This document shows positions 11,601 to 22,806 of a stretch of DNA of 33,313 nucleotides, piece by piece (position 1 is the first letter of the stretch; each line of letters begins with the position of its first letter). A model generated the notes under the pieces. That model did no database searches, had not been told where the DNA came from, and was given only the letters and a program-made list of their open reading frames with translations. Origin of the DNA: Acanthaster planci (taxonomy: Eukaryota); the NCBI RefSeq assembly GCF_001949145.1, contig NW_019091356.1, positions 2,081,746 to 2,115,058 of the forward strand, written 5' to 3'. The translations under genes and the position numbers were made by a program.

Positions 11601-12291
11601 TATTTATTTTGGGTACGGAAGAAAAGTGAAGTATGGTAAGATATGCCCCCATCCCACTTTAGAAAGTACCCCACACACACACACCCAAGTGTGTAAAGGC
11701 CTCCAATCGTGGACTCCCTATTGTTCCACTTTTGTTCATACTTAAACATTTTCGGAAGACCTCCCATAAGTTTTGTACACATTTTTCAACCGTGGACTCT
11801 TCGGCNNNNNNNNNNNNNNNNNNNNNNNNNNNNNNNNNNNNNNNNNNNNNNNNNNNNNNNNNNNNNNNNNNNNNNNNNNNNNNNNNNNNNNNNNNNNNNN
11901 NNNNNNNNNNNNNNNNNNNNNNNNNNNNNNNNNNNNNNNNNNNNNNNNNNNNNNNNNNNNNNNNNNNNNNNNNNNNNNNNNNNNNNNNNNNNNNNNNNNN
12001 NNNNNNNNNNNNNNNNNNNNNNNNNNNNNNNNNNNNNNNNNNNNNNNNNNNNNNNNNNNNNNNNNNNNNNNNNNNNNNNNNNNNNNNNNNNNNNNNNNNN
12101 NNNNNNNNNNNNNNNNNNNNNNNNNNNNNNNNNNNNNNNAGACTTCTTTTGTGCAGAGGTCCACACTATGTATGTCATGCCTGCACACACTGACTGAGGC
12201 CCACAGGTAGGATAGACCTACCACACACACACAGTGGCAACACTACGTCAGATGTAAAGTGGGAATCTGATTTTCCTTTTTGTTCTTGCAG

Positions 12292-12331
12292 CCCTGAACA
12301 GACAACTTGTTGCTCACTCCTGGAGAGAAAG
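12292..12331 (+). other. Candidate 5'UTR mini-exon of deaminase paralog 3
   Basis: Acceptor ttttcctttttgttcttgcag| and donor aaag|gtaagc. Its 3' end and the start of the downstream intron are paralogous to 9357-9500. Confidence 0.5.
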
Positions 12332-12349
12332 GTAAGCACTCTGACCTCT

Positions 12350-12568
12350 TCAACACTTCATCGAGCCAATCCCTACATCTGGATCCTTCTCTACACTATA
12401 TGAGCTCCACTCCCAGTCAGAATCCTGCAGTCTCCTGAAGACGGACAGAGTACACTGTTTGAAACGTCTATATTCCCCACACATACTCAAGAAAGAGACT
12501 GATACCTGGTGTCACCGCAATCGTTTTACTCATCTAGTTTCATTCACCATGAAAACCTTCAAGTCTTA
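12350..12568 (+). mobile_element. Penelope-like element (pLTR) fragment with 12-bp target-site duplication
   Basis: Flanked by an exact actctgacctct at 12338-12349 and 12569-12580. Contains a hammerhead core and ends in catgaaaaccttcaagtctta, which resembles PLE 3' termini (recalled, not searched). Confidence 0.65.
12428..12474 (+). ncRNA. Minimal type I hammerhead ribozyme motif (possibly degenerate)
   Basis: CTGAAGA (12435-12441), C, stem II GGACAG/CTGTTT around loop AGTACA, then GAAACGTC (12461-12468) with palindromic ACGT and a GUC cleavage triplet. Stem I is only partly paired. Confidence 0.55.
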
Positions 12569-13886
12569 ACTCTGACCTCTATTACTTAAAATTACACTCT
12601 TTTGACAAGGCAAATCAATTCAAAGCTATGTACCATGCTTACAGAAAATCTGGGGGGGGGGAAGCAATTCCCAACAAATGCAGCTTGGGCACTTGAGGCA
12701 AAATGAGGAAGAACATTTGATTCTCAATTGAATTTGATGATTCTCAATTTTCCCTGTCAATATAGATATTGCCTCGGAAGGGAATCAAACTTGTTTGGAG
12801 TCAAAACATTTTTGGCTTCATTCGCAAGACAGAACACACAGGAAAAAAAAAACTGCACGCTGTGAGCTACATGCTGAGCAAACTGCCATGAGAGACTTTT
12901 TGCTCATGGATACTGCTCCTGTGTGGAATCACTTCAAAAGTGTTTCTGATCGAGAAAAACCAATTTAATAATTTGTTTCTCTGCCACGGCATAAAACTTT
13001 TTAACAGGCACAAAATTCCGGTCAAACTTGTGAAACAGCATCATTAAAGTCTTACTGGTTAGCAATGGACCTCAAATCAGTACAATTACTTGTATCTGGA
13101 TTCTGCATGGACACTTTTAAGGACATATCCGTTTTCCTAATTCAAAACTACTTTCATACAATAATAGCACTTCAAACGCTTTTCCATTAACTTTGCAATC
13201 CTCTTCAAAGTTTATCTTGACCCAGTTTTGCCACATGAAAATACATGTACTCAAAATCACCCCTTCCTTTTTATGCATACAAAACAAAGAAAGGAGTTCC
13301 TTGTATATTTAACTCTGAAACATCCAAATTTAAAGTCATTTGTATCACATTATATCACTTATTATGATATATGTGACCTGGTACATCGTAATCAGGAATA
13401 AGTCACTGAGACCATTTTACGTAATGGTCGAGTAAAGGGGGTTATGTTGAAAAAAAATCGATGAGGCAGTTTCTGTATATTTTGGAAGTGTATGTATGAA
13501 AGGTCACCATCAACACACTTGCACTGTGTACCATTTGAAAGCTTGTGAAATGCTCTTTCAGACCCTGTACATATCTCAAAAAGTCAATTTGCAACTTATT
13601 CCTGTTTTCGATGTACCATGTCACATATTTTGGGGTGGGGGTGGCAAACCCCAATTGTAAAGCATCAGTCTTATCTCCAAATACCAAATCAACTTCTTTT
13701 ATTCTTAAAGAAATTTTGTTCTGATGGTGGACCAACAGCTTGCTTTCAACAGCTTTCTTTTTACTTTTGCCAAACATCCACTATTTCGCAGTTAAAGAAA
13801 TTGACAAGTGAACGGAATTAAGAATTTTTTTTGTTGCAGTCACTAACTCATCATTATGTATTGTTTCTACCATTGAAATCTGACAG

Positions 13887-13939
13887 AACGTGAGTTATAT
13901 CCTGGGAAAGTCTCCAGAGTCAAACCAGCAGTCGTAACA
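13887..13939 (+). other. Candidate 5'UTR exon of deaminase paralog 3
   Basis: Acceptor tctgacag| and donor aca|gtgagt, upstream of the acceptor (cttttcacag| at 14654) that opens the coding exon. Confidence 0.35.
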
Positions 13940-14109
13940 GTGAGTTGAATGTTTTCATTTATTTTGAATCAATGTAAATGTCTCTTAAATTGTGATTCTA
14001 ATGCATTCATTTTACATGTCATTTAACTCAACACCTCAGTTATTTCTTATTTCAATTGAACTGTATGCATTTTAAATGGCAAAAACGCTATCCGTGAGCC
14101 CCTTGATAA

Positions 14110-14410
14110 TAATTTATTCATATTTATAAAGTGCAAATCTCACAAAGATATGTTCCAATGCACTGAAAAATAGAGACAAACTGTAGTTGAGCTGATCTGG
14201 CAGCCGCCAAACGACCCATATCCACTCACATTTGTGGAGAGGAGACATTACGAAAAATTTAGTTTTAAAGGTGGGAGGAAAACCCCACAGAAGAAATTTC
14301 TGGGTAACATCCACAGAACTGAAAACCCAATCCACGCGTGAACCAAGCTGGGAATCAAACCCGGGCCGCAGAAGTGGAAGGTGAGGAAAGACTTACCTTG
14401 CTAACCTGAC
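14110..14410 (-). mobile_element. Degenerate tRNA-derived SINE-like element (boundaries approximate)
   Basis: Minus strand has a B-box-like ccgggtttgattccc (about 14350-14364) and an AT-rich tail near 14110-14130. Confidence 0.35.
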
Positions 14411-14682
14411 GGCCCTTCTGTGCCTAGAAAGGTGTGTACATGTATGTGTCACACACTAAGGATGGGCAGGAATTTTGTTCAAATAATGGCTTGCTTTAGA
14501 ATAAGATTAATCATGCTGACTTGCTTCCATTATTGAAGACCTGATTTCAATCCAAACTCACCACTCTGCCTACAAAAATTAGTCTTGATGAAAATACCAT
14601 TTCCTCTGTACTCTTCTTAGAGCATTTAATCATGCAATTTGATGCTTTTCACAGACCTTACTAAAGCTACATAGCAAGCAGG

Positions 14683-15648
14683 ATGGACGAGCAGATTAAG
14701 AACCATGAAGGGGACATTACGGTCTTTATTGATTCATGCCCTTTGGGCTGTACTTGGCCAAGTGAAGTTATTTTGCTAGGCAGGGATCACATTTATCGCA
14801 ATAAGCCTCAGGAGGTACATGCTGAGAAAAAGTTTTTGGATGCGCTTGAACAAGACGTAAACGATGAGGAGGAGCAGGAATTCATCATATTCCTGAATTT
14901 TTCTCCATGCAATGAATGTGCCACAAAAATATGCAGATTTTTGACTGATCACAGTGAAGTGACATTTGAGATTGCATTTGCCCACGTTTATACGGGCTAT
15001 AGACATGCAAACAGGGAGGGGCTGAAAAAGTTACATGACCATAAGCGCATTACACTGAGAGCACTGAGGGGTGAAGACTGGAAGAAAATAATAAGACTTA
15101 TCCTAGAGGCACACGGATGGGACGGATGGGATGATGCATGGCAACAGATTCAGCCAAATCTAGAAGACTGGGAGAAGATAAAGAGAGAGATAGAGGAAAG
15201 CATTGGGGGACAGCAGGGTGATGACTGGAAGGAAGAATTTCGCAAAAAAATCCAACACAAGCCTTGGCCAAGTCATTGGTTACAGGACCTAGAGGAGATA
15301 ATAACAAGATATGACCACAATGAGTGGGCTTATGAAGTTGGGGAGTTGGTATCGGGAAGTGAGGACGTGTGGTACCAGGCAAAGCAGAATGAAGTAATGC
15401 AGTATGTGTATAATTATGGTCGAGACAGTGTTTCAACCATACTGAATCATTTAGAAGGCCCAGATAATGAAGAAAATAGAACGGGTTATGCTTTTCTGCT
15501 ACATGTGCTTGAAATCTTGGGGAAAAATCGGCCGATTAACAAACTGCGGAAGCGCATTGTTGCAGACTATGTGGCACGAAAGGAACTTGAATACATACTG
15601 CAAAAACAAGCACAAGCACAGGCTGGAGCTGCAGCCCAAGCCCTCTAA
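14683..15648 (+). CDS. AID/APOBEC-like zinc-dependent cytidine deaminase paralog 3, complete single coding exon, 321 aa
   Basis: YRN (N40), HAE (H46/E48), FLNFSPCNEC (C76/C79), FEIAFAHVY, NREGLKKL and ITLRALRGEDW form the canonical APOBEC-fold motif series. An in-frame TAA just upstream within the same predicted exon supports this ATG as the start. Confidence 0.93.
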   Translation: MDEQIKNHEGDITVFIDSCPLGCTWPSEVILLGRDHIYRNKPQEVHAEKKFLDALEQDVNDEEEQEFIIFLNFSPCNECATKICRFLTDHSEVTFEIAFAHVYTGYRHANREGLKKLHDHKRITLRALRGEDWKKIIRLILEAHGWDGWDDAWQQIQPNLEDWEKIKREIEESIGGQQGDDWKEEFRKKIQHKPWPSHWLQDLEEIITRYDHNEWAYEVGELVSGSEDVWYQAKQNEVMQYVYNYGRDSVSTILNHLEGPDNEENRTGYAFLLHVLEILGKNRPINKLRKRIVADYVARKELEYILQKQAQAQAGAAAQAL

Positions 15649-15730
15649 TCACACACTGTATGAGCCCCAGCCACAGCCAACCAATCAAACACTGAATGAG
15701 CCACAGCCAACTAATCATACACCTGAATGA
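15634..15730 (+). repeat. Degenerate 27-33 bp tandem repeat spanning the stop codon of paralog 3
   Basis: About three units of cagcc...aatca(c/a/t)acac(c)tg(t/a)atga. Confidence 0.6.
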
Positions 15731-16089
15731 AGATGTCTCTTACTGGGAACATTGCTACACAGCATGCAAAGTTTCACTTTAATAGAACAAGCAACAGATA
15801 GGAGCCTCAGAGAATTTGTGGCCGGGCGGATAATTACTTTCTTCACACTTTTCTGCAATCACACCCATCTCAAGGCCAATATACGATAATCTTGTCCAAT
15901 TTCAAAGAAAAAGTAAGATGTACATACAGCTCAATTTAAAGAAAAGGGAAGTTTGCACACAATTGTCATCCACTTACAAATGCAGCAATAAGTGTAGTAA
16001 ACACAGCATCTTTAATAACAATCTGGAAACAAAACAAAATTTGGTCCTTCTAACCTCTTTTGTTCATTTATACTACTAGCTTTTACAGA

Positions 16090-18250
16090 GGACATGTAAC
16101 TGGTCAAGTTTAAAAATTACTAAATGCCATTTCCACACACAAGGTCGCCTAATGTAGTTCAGTGACAAGGAGAAAAAACTTGTTATCTGAGACTCATGTT
16201 GTCTGAATTATAATGTATGTTAAAATTTCATGATGGTTTTAGAATGGAGTGAAATGGCTTACCTTTTAATACTGGAAAGACATTTTAGTCTTGAAGCAGT
16301 TAGCTAAGATTGTAAAGATTCCTATATCAGCACGTATGCAATGCTTTCCTTTTAGATTAATATGTAAAAATACTTTTCAAACTTTGCACGTTATATCAAA
16401 AAAGTGCGTAAAACTTGACAATTACTAATAAAAAAGCTGAACTTAGTAATACAATTAGAACATTGAGACAAAGATCAGAAGCAAGAAATTTTACAATATG
16501 TTTGATTAGTCTGATTATATTTACATATGCTTAACAGTAGTATCAGTGCCATTACTCAAGCAGTACAGTAAACTCCGACTATTAGTCAACATCGCGTAAC
16601 CTGCCATATTGTCCAAGTTGGCCGTTTGACCAAAGTCCCAATCGTCTGTAATGCATTTCCAATCAAGATTTCATTCTAAGTCGGCTTTTATACGACATCA
16701 TTTCGTATAATATGTCGGCATGTTTTTCTCGGTCCCTTTTCCACAAAACCACAAAAATTCCTTTATGTCAGTCAGTATTAAAAAAAATCACGCTTCGGTA
16801 TCAGTTTCCTTCGCCACGGTTGCCAAGAAGTGTCAAGTGACAAGTTCCACGCGCGTGCGGCCAGCACGAGTTCATCAATACCAGTAACCCCTCTTGTGCT
16901 ACACGCATGCGCTCTGTCCATTTTGGGGGTCGCCTTATTAATAATAATTGAGAACGAATTTGCTGGGATCAACCAGAGGTTAAAATAAACCAGGGTAAAT
17001 CAAAGCCATTGAATTTGTGTAAGGAATCATAATGTACATAGGCAATACATGTGCAAGTTGCCAAAAAGATGACTTGTAATACAAGCCGGCATTCGTGTAA
17101 GTCGTCATAATTTCTTGAGTCCCAAGAGTGTCATCTTAGCCAGAGTTTACTGTAGTTGGTAGTTGTATGTTTACATAGACAATAAGACACATAACTGGCA
17201 AAGTTTCTAATCGCTTTGTGCTTGTTTTCCACAAGAAAGACTTAAAGAGAGTAATTCGGTGATTTGGGGGGGGGGGAAATTTGTTTGTTTAGACTTAACA
17301 GCTTGAATTTTAAGGTATATTCAAAGTGTCACGTATTAATTAAGCTGTAGTTGGTAGTTGAACCTTGTGCTTCTCTATCAATAAAGTAATCAGAGTTATC
17401 AGTAATTGATTACAACTATTATACATTTTAGGATAAAAGCAAGGCGTTGCAATCATTTGTGCCTAAAAGTCAACTTTGAAGCCACTTTAACACATTGTTA
17501 TTTCTGTCAAATGATACTTTAAAATCTTGAGTTAAAGACGTTACAACTTCTTTCAAAGGATGCAAAGTTCCCAGGTTTAGAGTATTTTGAATGGCAAGAC
17601 ATGTACACTTCAGTACCCACATAGCGGTGCATGTATATTGAGAATTACTACTGAAAATCCCTAACTAATTAAATCAATGAGAAAATTTAGTCAAAGATCA
17701 AAGGCGAGAAATTATGCAAACTATTTGATTAGTCTAGTTATATGTATAAGCTAAACAGTTGTATCAGAGATATCATTTATTGGTAGTCATATATAATAGT
17801 GCATAAAATATAAGGCATGTAACTGGCAAAGTTTAGAATTACTCAGTACCTTTTTGTCAAGCAAAGGTGATGTAGTGTAGTTCACTGATTACTGGAAAAA
17901 AATTGTAAGCTCAAATTGTTGCGTAATTGATGAAGCTATACTCCCTAGTTATACTTTGTGCTTCTATATCAATGCATTAAGAGTTATTGGTAACTGATTT
18001 AAACCTGTTACGCATTTTAGGATACAATACGATGTCAATCTTAGATAATGGATCTGGATATTTTGAGAGATAAAGCAAAGATGCTACAATCATACTATGC
18101 TTGAAAGCCAACTCCTAAGTCACTTTAGTACATTGTGATTTCTATCAAAAGATTTTTAAAATCTTGAGTTAAAGTGTCCCTGGGCTTTGCTCACTTTGAA
18201 GGGTAAAGATGATGTACATTTCAGCACTTATGGATTAGAACTGTGAGCAT
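16090..18250. repeat. Degenerate tandem array of about 630-bp units, interrupted by a MITE
   Basis: Recurring blocks taactgg(tc/ca)aagttt (about 16097, 17192, 17820), caaagatca...tttgattagtct (about 16469, 17692) and ttgtgcttct...aaaatcttgagttaaag (about 17365-17538 and 17957-18174). Confidence 0.6.
16566..17152. mobile_element. Tc1/mariner/pogo-type MITE
   Basis: TIRs cagtaaactccgacta and tagccagagtttactg (14 of 16 match), with TA on both sides. Confidence 0.75.
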
Positions 18251-21080
18251 GCATGTGTAATAATTAAGCACCCTCAGTTGGCAGTAAGTTTTGTGTTCAA
18301 TTTTCCTCACAAGCTTTTCAGTTAAAATCGATGTTTTTGACTGCATGAATGCGTGAGCTAACTGATTCATAATCATGATGTAAATGAACTTGATTTAAAT
18401 GAGTTGAACTTGAACAAGGTTTATGGTACAACTTAAGTAACAATTCCAAGCAATGTCCAAAATGACAAGAATTATTCTGCTTATATTAGATGTACTAAAT
18501 ATGGTCATATCGTGAGTAATAAAGTATAGCTTAACTGAAATTGCAGTGTCACTGTTTGAATATTTTATGCATGAATCATGTCCTAAACATTGCCACTGTT
18601 TGAATATTTTATGCATGAATTATGTCATAAACCTTGCCATCTGGGCCTTAATCATGTAAATAAGAAAGCCCTGAAAGAAACGATNNNNNNNNNNNNNNNN
18701 NNNNNNNNNNNNNNNNNNNNNNNNNNNNNNNNNNNNNNNNNNNNNNNNNNNNNNNNNNNNNNNNNNNNNNNNNNNNNNNNNNNNNNNNNNNNNNNNNNNN
18801 NNNNNNNNNNNNNNNNNNNNNNNNNNNNNNNNNNNNNNNNNNNNNNNNNNNNNNNNNNNNNNNNNNNNNNNNNNNNNNNNNNNNNNNNNNNNNNNNNNNN
18901 NNNNNNNNNNNNNNNNNNNNNNNNNNNNNNNNNNNNNNNNNNNNNNNNNNNNNNNNNNNNNNNNNNNNNNNNNNNNNNNNNNNNNNNNNNNNNNNNNNNN
19001 NNNNNNNNNNNNNNNNNNNNNNNNNNNNNNNNNNNNNNNNNNNNNNNNNNNNNNNNNNNNNNNNNNNNNNNNNNNNNNNNNNNNNNNNNNNNNNNNNNNN
19101 NNNNNNNNNNNNNNNNNNNNNNNNNNNNNNNNNNNNNNNNNNNNNNNNNNNNNNNNNNNNNNNNNNNNNNNNNNNNNNNNNNNNNNNNNNNNNNNNNNNN
19201 NNNNNNNNNNNNNNNNNNNNNNNNNNNNNNNNNNNNNNNNNNNNNNNNNNNNNNNNNNNNNNNNNNNNNNNNNNNNNNNNNNNNNNNNNNNNNNNNNNNN
19301 NNNNNNNNNNNNNNNNNNNNNNNNNNNNNNNNNNNNNNNNNNNNNNNNNNNNNNNNNNNNNNNNNNNNNNNNNNNNNNNNNNNNNNNNNNNNNNNNNNNN
19401 NNNNNNNNNNNNNNNNNNNNNNNNNNNNNNNNNNNNNNNNNNNNNNNNNNNNNNNNNNNNNNNNNNNNNAATTTGCATTTCATGATCCTGTTTTCGTACA
19501 AGTGGACGCTAAATTTCTGGCTGGCTGTCAGTTCAAAATCAAAAGAAATACAAAAGATCCAACTGTCTCAAAAATCCTAGACAGTTATCAAAACACCAGG
19601 CAATAATGCACATACTAAATACTAAATAAAAATGAAACCACCTTTAGAATTAATGGGACAAATGTACATTTTGAACAAATTTGAGGTAACATCAAAAACC
19701 AAGCAAAGGGTGATTTTTCTGCAAAGTGTACCTGCTCAAAAAAAATTACAGGCAAAATGAGTGGTCAACTCGTAACCAGCAGTGCCACCATACTCCAGGT
19801 CCTAGTTCTGAATAGTCTACTAAATGGTCCAAACCATCCTTCAAGCCGTGCATAAAGTTCAGTTCACTCTACATACTGATGTACATGTAGATTCAGATAA
19901 ATTTGAAAAAAAAATCACACCAGACTCATCTAAAACTAAACAAACACATACCTTGTCTCAGCAGCAGCCCCAGTAAGCAAAATCCAAAGCCACTGAAGAA
20001 ACCAGTCTAAGGCTCAGCATTACTTGGGNNNNNNNNNNNNNNNNNNNNNNNNNNNNNNNNNNNNNNNNNNNNNNNNNNNNNNNNNNNNNNNNNNNNNNNN
20101 NNNNNNNNNNNNNNNNNNNNNNNNNNNNNNNNNNNNNNNNNNNNNNNNNNNNNNNNNNNNNNNNNNNNNNNNNNNNNNNNNNNNNNNNNNNNNNNNNNNN
20201 NNNNNNNNNNNNNNNNNNNNNNNNNNNNNNNNNNNNNNNNNNNNNNNNNNNNNNNNNNNNNNNNNNNNNNNNNNNNNNNNNNNNNNNNNNNNNNNNNNNN
20301 NNNNNNNNNNNNNNNNNNNNNNNNNNNNNNNNNNNNNNNNNNNNNNNNNNNNNNNNNNNNNNNNNNNNNNNNNNNNNNNNNNNNNNNNNNNNNNNNNNNN
20401 NNNNNNNNNNNNNNNNNNNNNNNNNNNNNNNNNNNNNNNNNNNNNNNNNNNNNNNNNNNNNNNNNNNNNNNNNNNNNNNNNNNNNNNNNNNNNNNNNNNN
20501 NNNNNNNNNNNNNNNNNNNNNNNNNNNNNNNNNNNNNNNNNNNNNNNNNNNNNNNNNNNNNNNNNNNNNNNNNNNNNNNNNNNGGACTCAACTCACTGCC
20601 AACAAAATGACTGGAACAACAGAAAGAAAAAATTAAGCGTAAATTAAGCCATGTTTAAAATATCAAAAAAGAAGTCTAAGGAGAACTTGACAAGTTAAAA
20701 CATTACCGATGCACAACTTACGTGACATGAATCTGCGATCCCTCTGTTCCAAGTGGCAGCAACCTTTGTGATGTGCATCATTTCTTTATCAGTAAAGAGA
20801 AATACCCAGTAAGCAACAATATGTACACCTGCCTAAGACACATTCCAAAATTCCTTTTTCATCACTGAATAATCCAAAGGTTTTAGCCTCTTCATATTCC
20901 AACAACTTCTGACTGCCGTGATGTGGGTTACCAAACTTTGAAACTCCAAGCAACGCATTGTGCCCCAGAAAAAGCTGAGGGTGTCATTTGAGTTTAAAAC
21001 ATACCCTATGTCACAGCAGTCAAAATTGTTTGTCATATTTTCCCTTTTTACTTCATTTTTGTTCTTCTGAGGTACGTTAA

Positions 21081-21191
21081 AGAGCACCTCTAAAAAAGGA
21101 AAACATGTTTCTCTAATTTTATCTGTTAAAATAAATATTCAGGCCAGGATGCGAATTCTCAATGTAAAACATGTTTACTTAAAGGTGCTCT
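21081..21191. mobile_element. Short TIR element with TTAA flanks (Kolobok-like MITE)
   Basis: ttaa|agagcacct ... aggtgctct|ttaa, with an internal aaacatgttt palindrome near both ends. Confidence 0.45.
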
Positions 21192-22126
21192 TTAAGGGCA
21201 CCAGAGAAATCTTTGAACATTAGCAGCTTCACAGTCTCTGAGCACTGTGGGGGTGCACGTGCATGATATCACAGAAGACAGGCCAATGTAACGTCCAACA
21301 ATTAGTGTGATATGCAGTTATGTCGCCCTGTCACAAGCTCATTTGGGGCCAATGAAAAAAGAGTATTCAAAACTGAGGTATGACACATTCAAATTTTAAC
21401 CAGTCAAAATAACATCGCACCCACATTACAGGTTAATTAAGAGCAGACTTGAAATGAGTTGATCGTCCTTTGGTGAGATGTGATCTTTGACCCACAATTT
21501 GTATTTGCAAAAATGTTTCATTCAGAAAACATTCAGACAAGCAAAGATGATTTTAGTCAACAAAACTAGCACAATCACTTACCTAATGCTCCGTACTTTG
21601 TATGAAAAACAGCCTAATCAAACTGGACAAAACATTGAATCTTGGGGCAATGAAAAGAGTTCTTCATGCTTCAAAATGAACAAGACAGCAAGGGTGGTTC
21701 CAAAATTCCATCTGTGAAATTACACCATCAATGCAAAAACAACAAAACCAATGGCCGAACGTTTCCTGTCTTTTAGGGCTGAGTATATATTTTAACACTT
21801 GCACAACACGAACTGAAATTTCAGATGTATTCTATACCAGTTTAACAAAAGGCAATAAAATAAAGTACTTCATGTACATGTAGATACCACCATAATTCTA
21901 ACAAAAATACAAACCAGACAAATGTCAAGGTTTTTGATCTCTAATCTTACAACTCTGATTTCATTTTAAACTGAGCTTCTTCAACTGTCAGTCACTGATA
22001 CTTAACTAATTGCTCATTCAGATATTTATGCCTCATGATAACGTACCGTACAACACAGATAATTAATTCAAAACATTAGACTGATGTGAGCATGACACAT
22101 GGAGAATTACTTGATTTCAAAGCCAG

Positions 22127-22367
22127 AGGCCAATTTCATGGAGCTGCTTACGTACAAAATTTGCTTAAGCGTGAAATAACCTTGCTTGACAAATCAGGTT
22201 ACCAGCCAAATCTCCACCTGATGTATATTGGTTTGGAATGGTATTCACCTGTCTTTTGGTGAGCATGACAACCGCATAGAATTTGAGCTGGTAACCTTTT
22301 GTTTTTTAAGCAAGGTTTTTTGTGCTTAAGCTAATTTTGCGCTTAAGCAGCTCTATGAAATTGGCCC
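22127..22367. mobile_element. PIF/Harbinger-type MITE
   Basis: TIRs aggccaatttcatggagctgctta and taagcagctctatgaaattggccc, with a CAG duplication on both sides. Confidence 0.75.
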
Positions 22368-22679
22368 CAGATCACATACTTTAGAAGTACACCTGGGAAA
22401 TGTCCAGGTCCAAACTATTTTTGTGCAAACCCTGCAAGTTCTGTCTCCAACATCAAACAAGTGTGAAGCATTCTGAAACCAATGAAAACAATGCACAAAT
22501 TCCTGTTTGCTAACACCACAAAAACCTGACATATTAAACACCAACAGACTGCTGGATATCCATCCCTTTCATCAGAGAAGCAACTATTTCAAAGGAATTT
22601 GAACAGTAAAGCAATTAAGGTGAAACCTCCCGAGAAGTGAATACAAAAACAGTGACTCCTGAACTCCGCTTTTGGAATG

Positions 22680-22806
22680 AATAGAGGGTTTGCATGGCTG
22701 CCATCTTGCAGGCCAGTGCTTTTGTTTCACTCACATGTGCAAAGATGGTTTCCCAGTGGAACAAAAGAAATGCCCTGCAAGATGGCCTCTGTGCAAAGCC
22801 TCTATT
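22680..22806. mobile_element. Small fold-back MITE
   Basis: aatagagggtttgca...gccatcttgcagg is inverted relative to cctgcaagatggc...tgcaaagcctctatt. Confidence 0.6.

Noticed and set aside
14683..14780. Signal peptide (secreted SNAD-type deaminase)
   Set aside because: The N-terminus MDEQIKNHEGD is charged and has no hydrophobic core.
14776..15436. Antisense ORFs over deaminase paralog 3
   Set aside because: Shadow ORFs of the real coding sequence with no protein-like features.
15079..15600. Second deaminase domain as in double-domain APOBEC3 proteins
   Set aside because: No HxE/PCxxC pair and no Cys in this region of paralog 3; the pattern looks all-helical.
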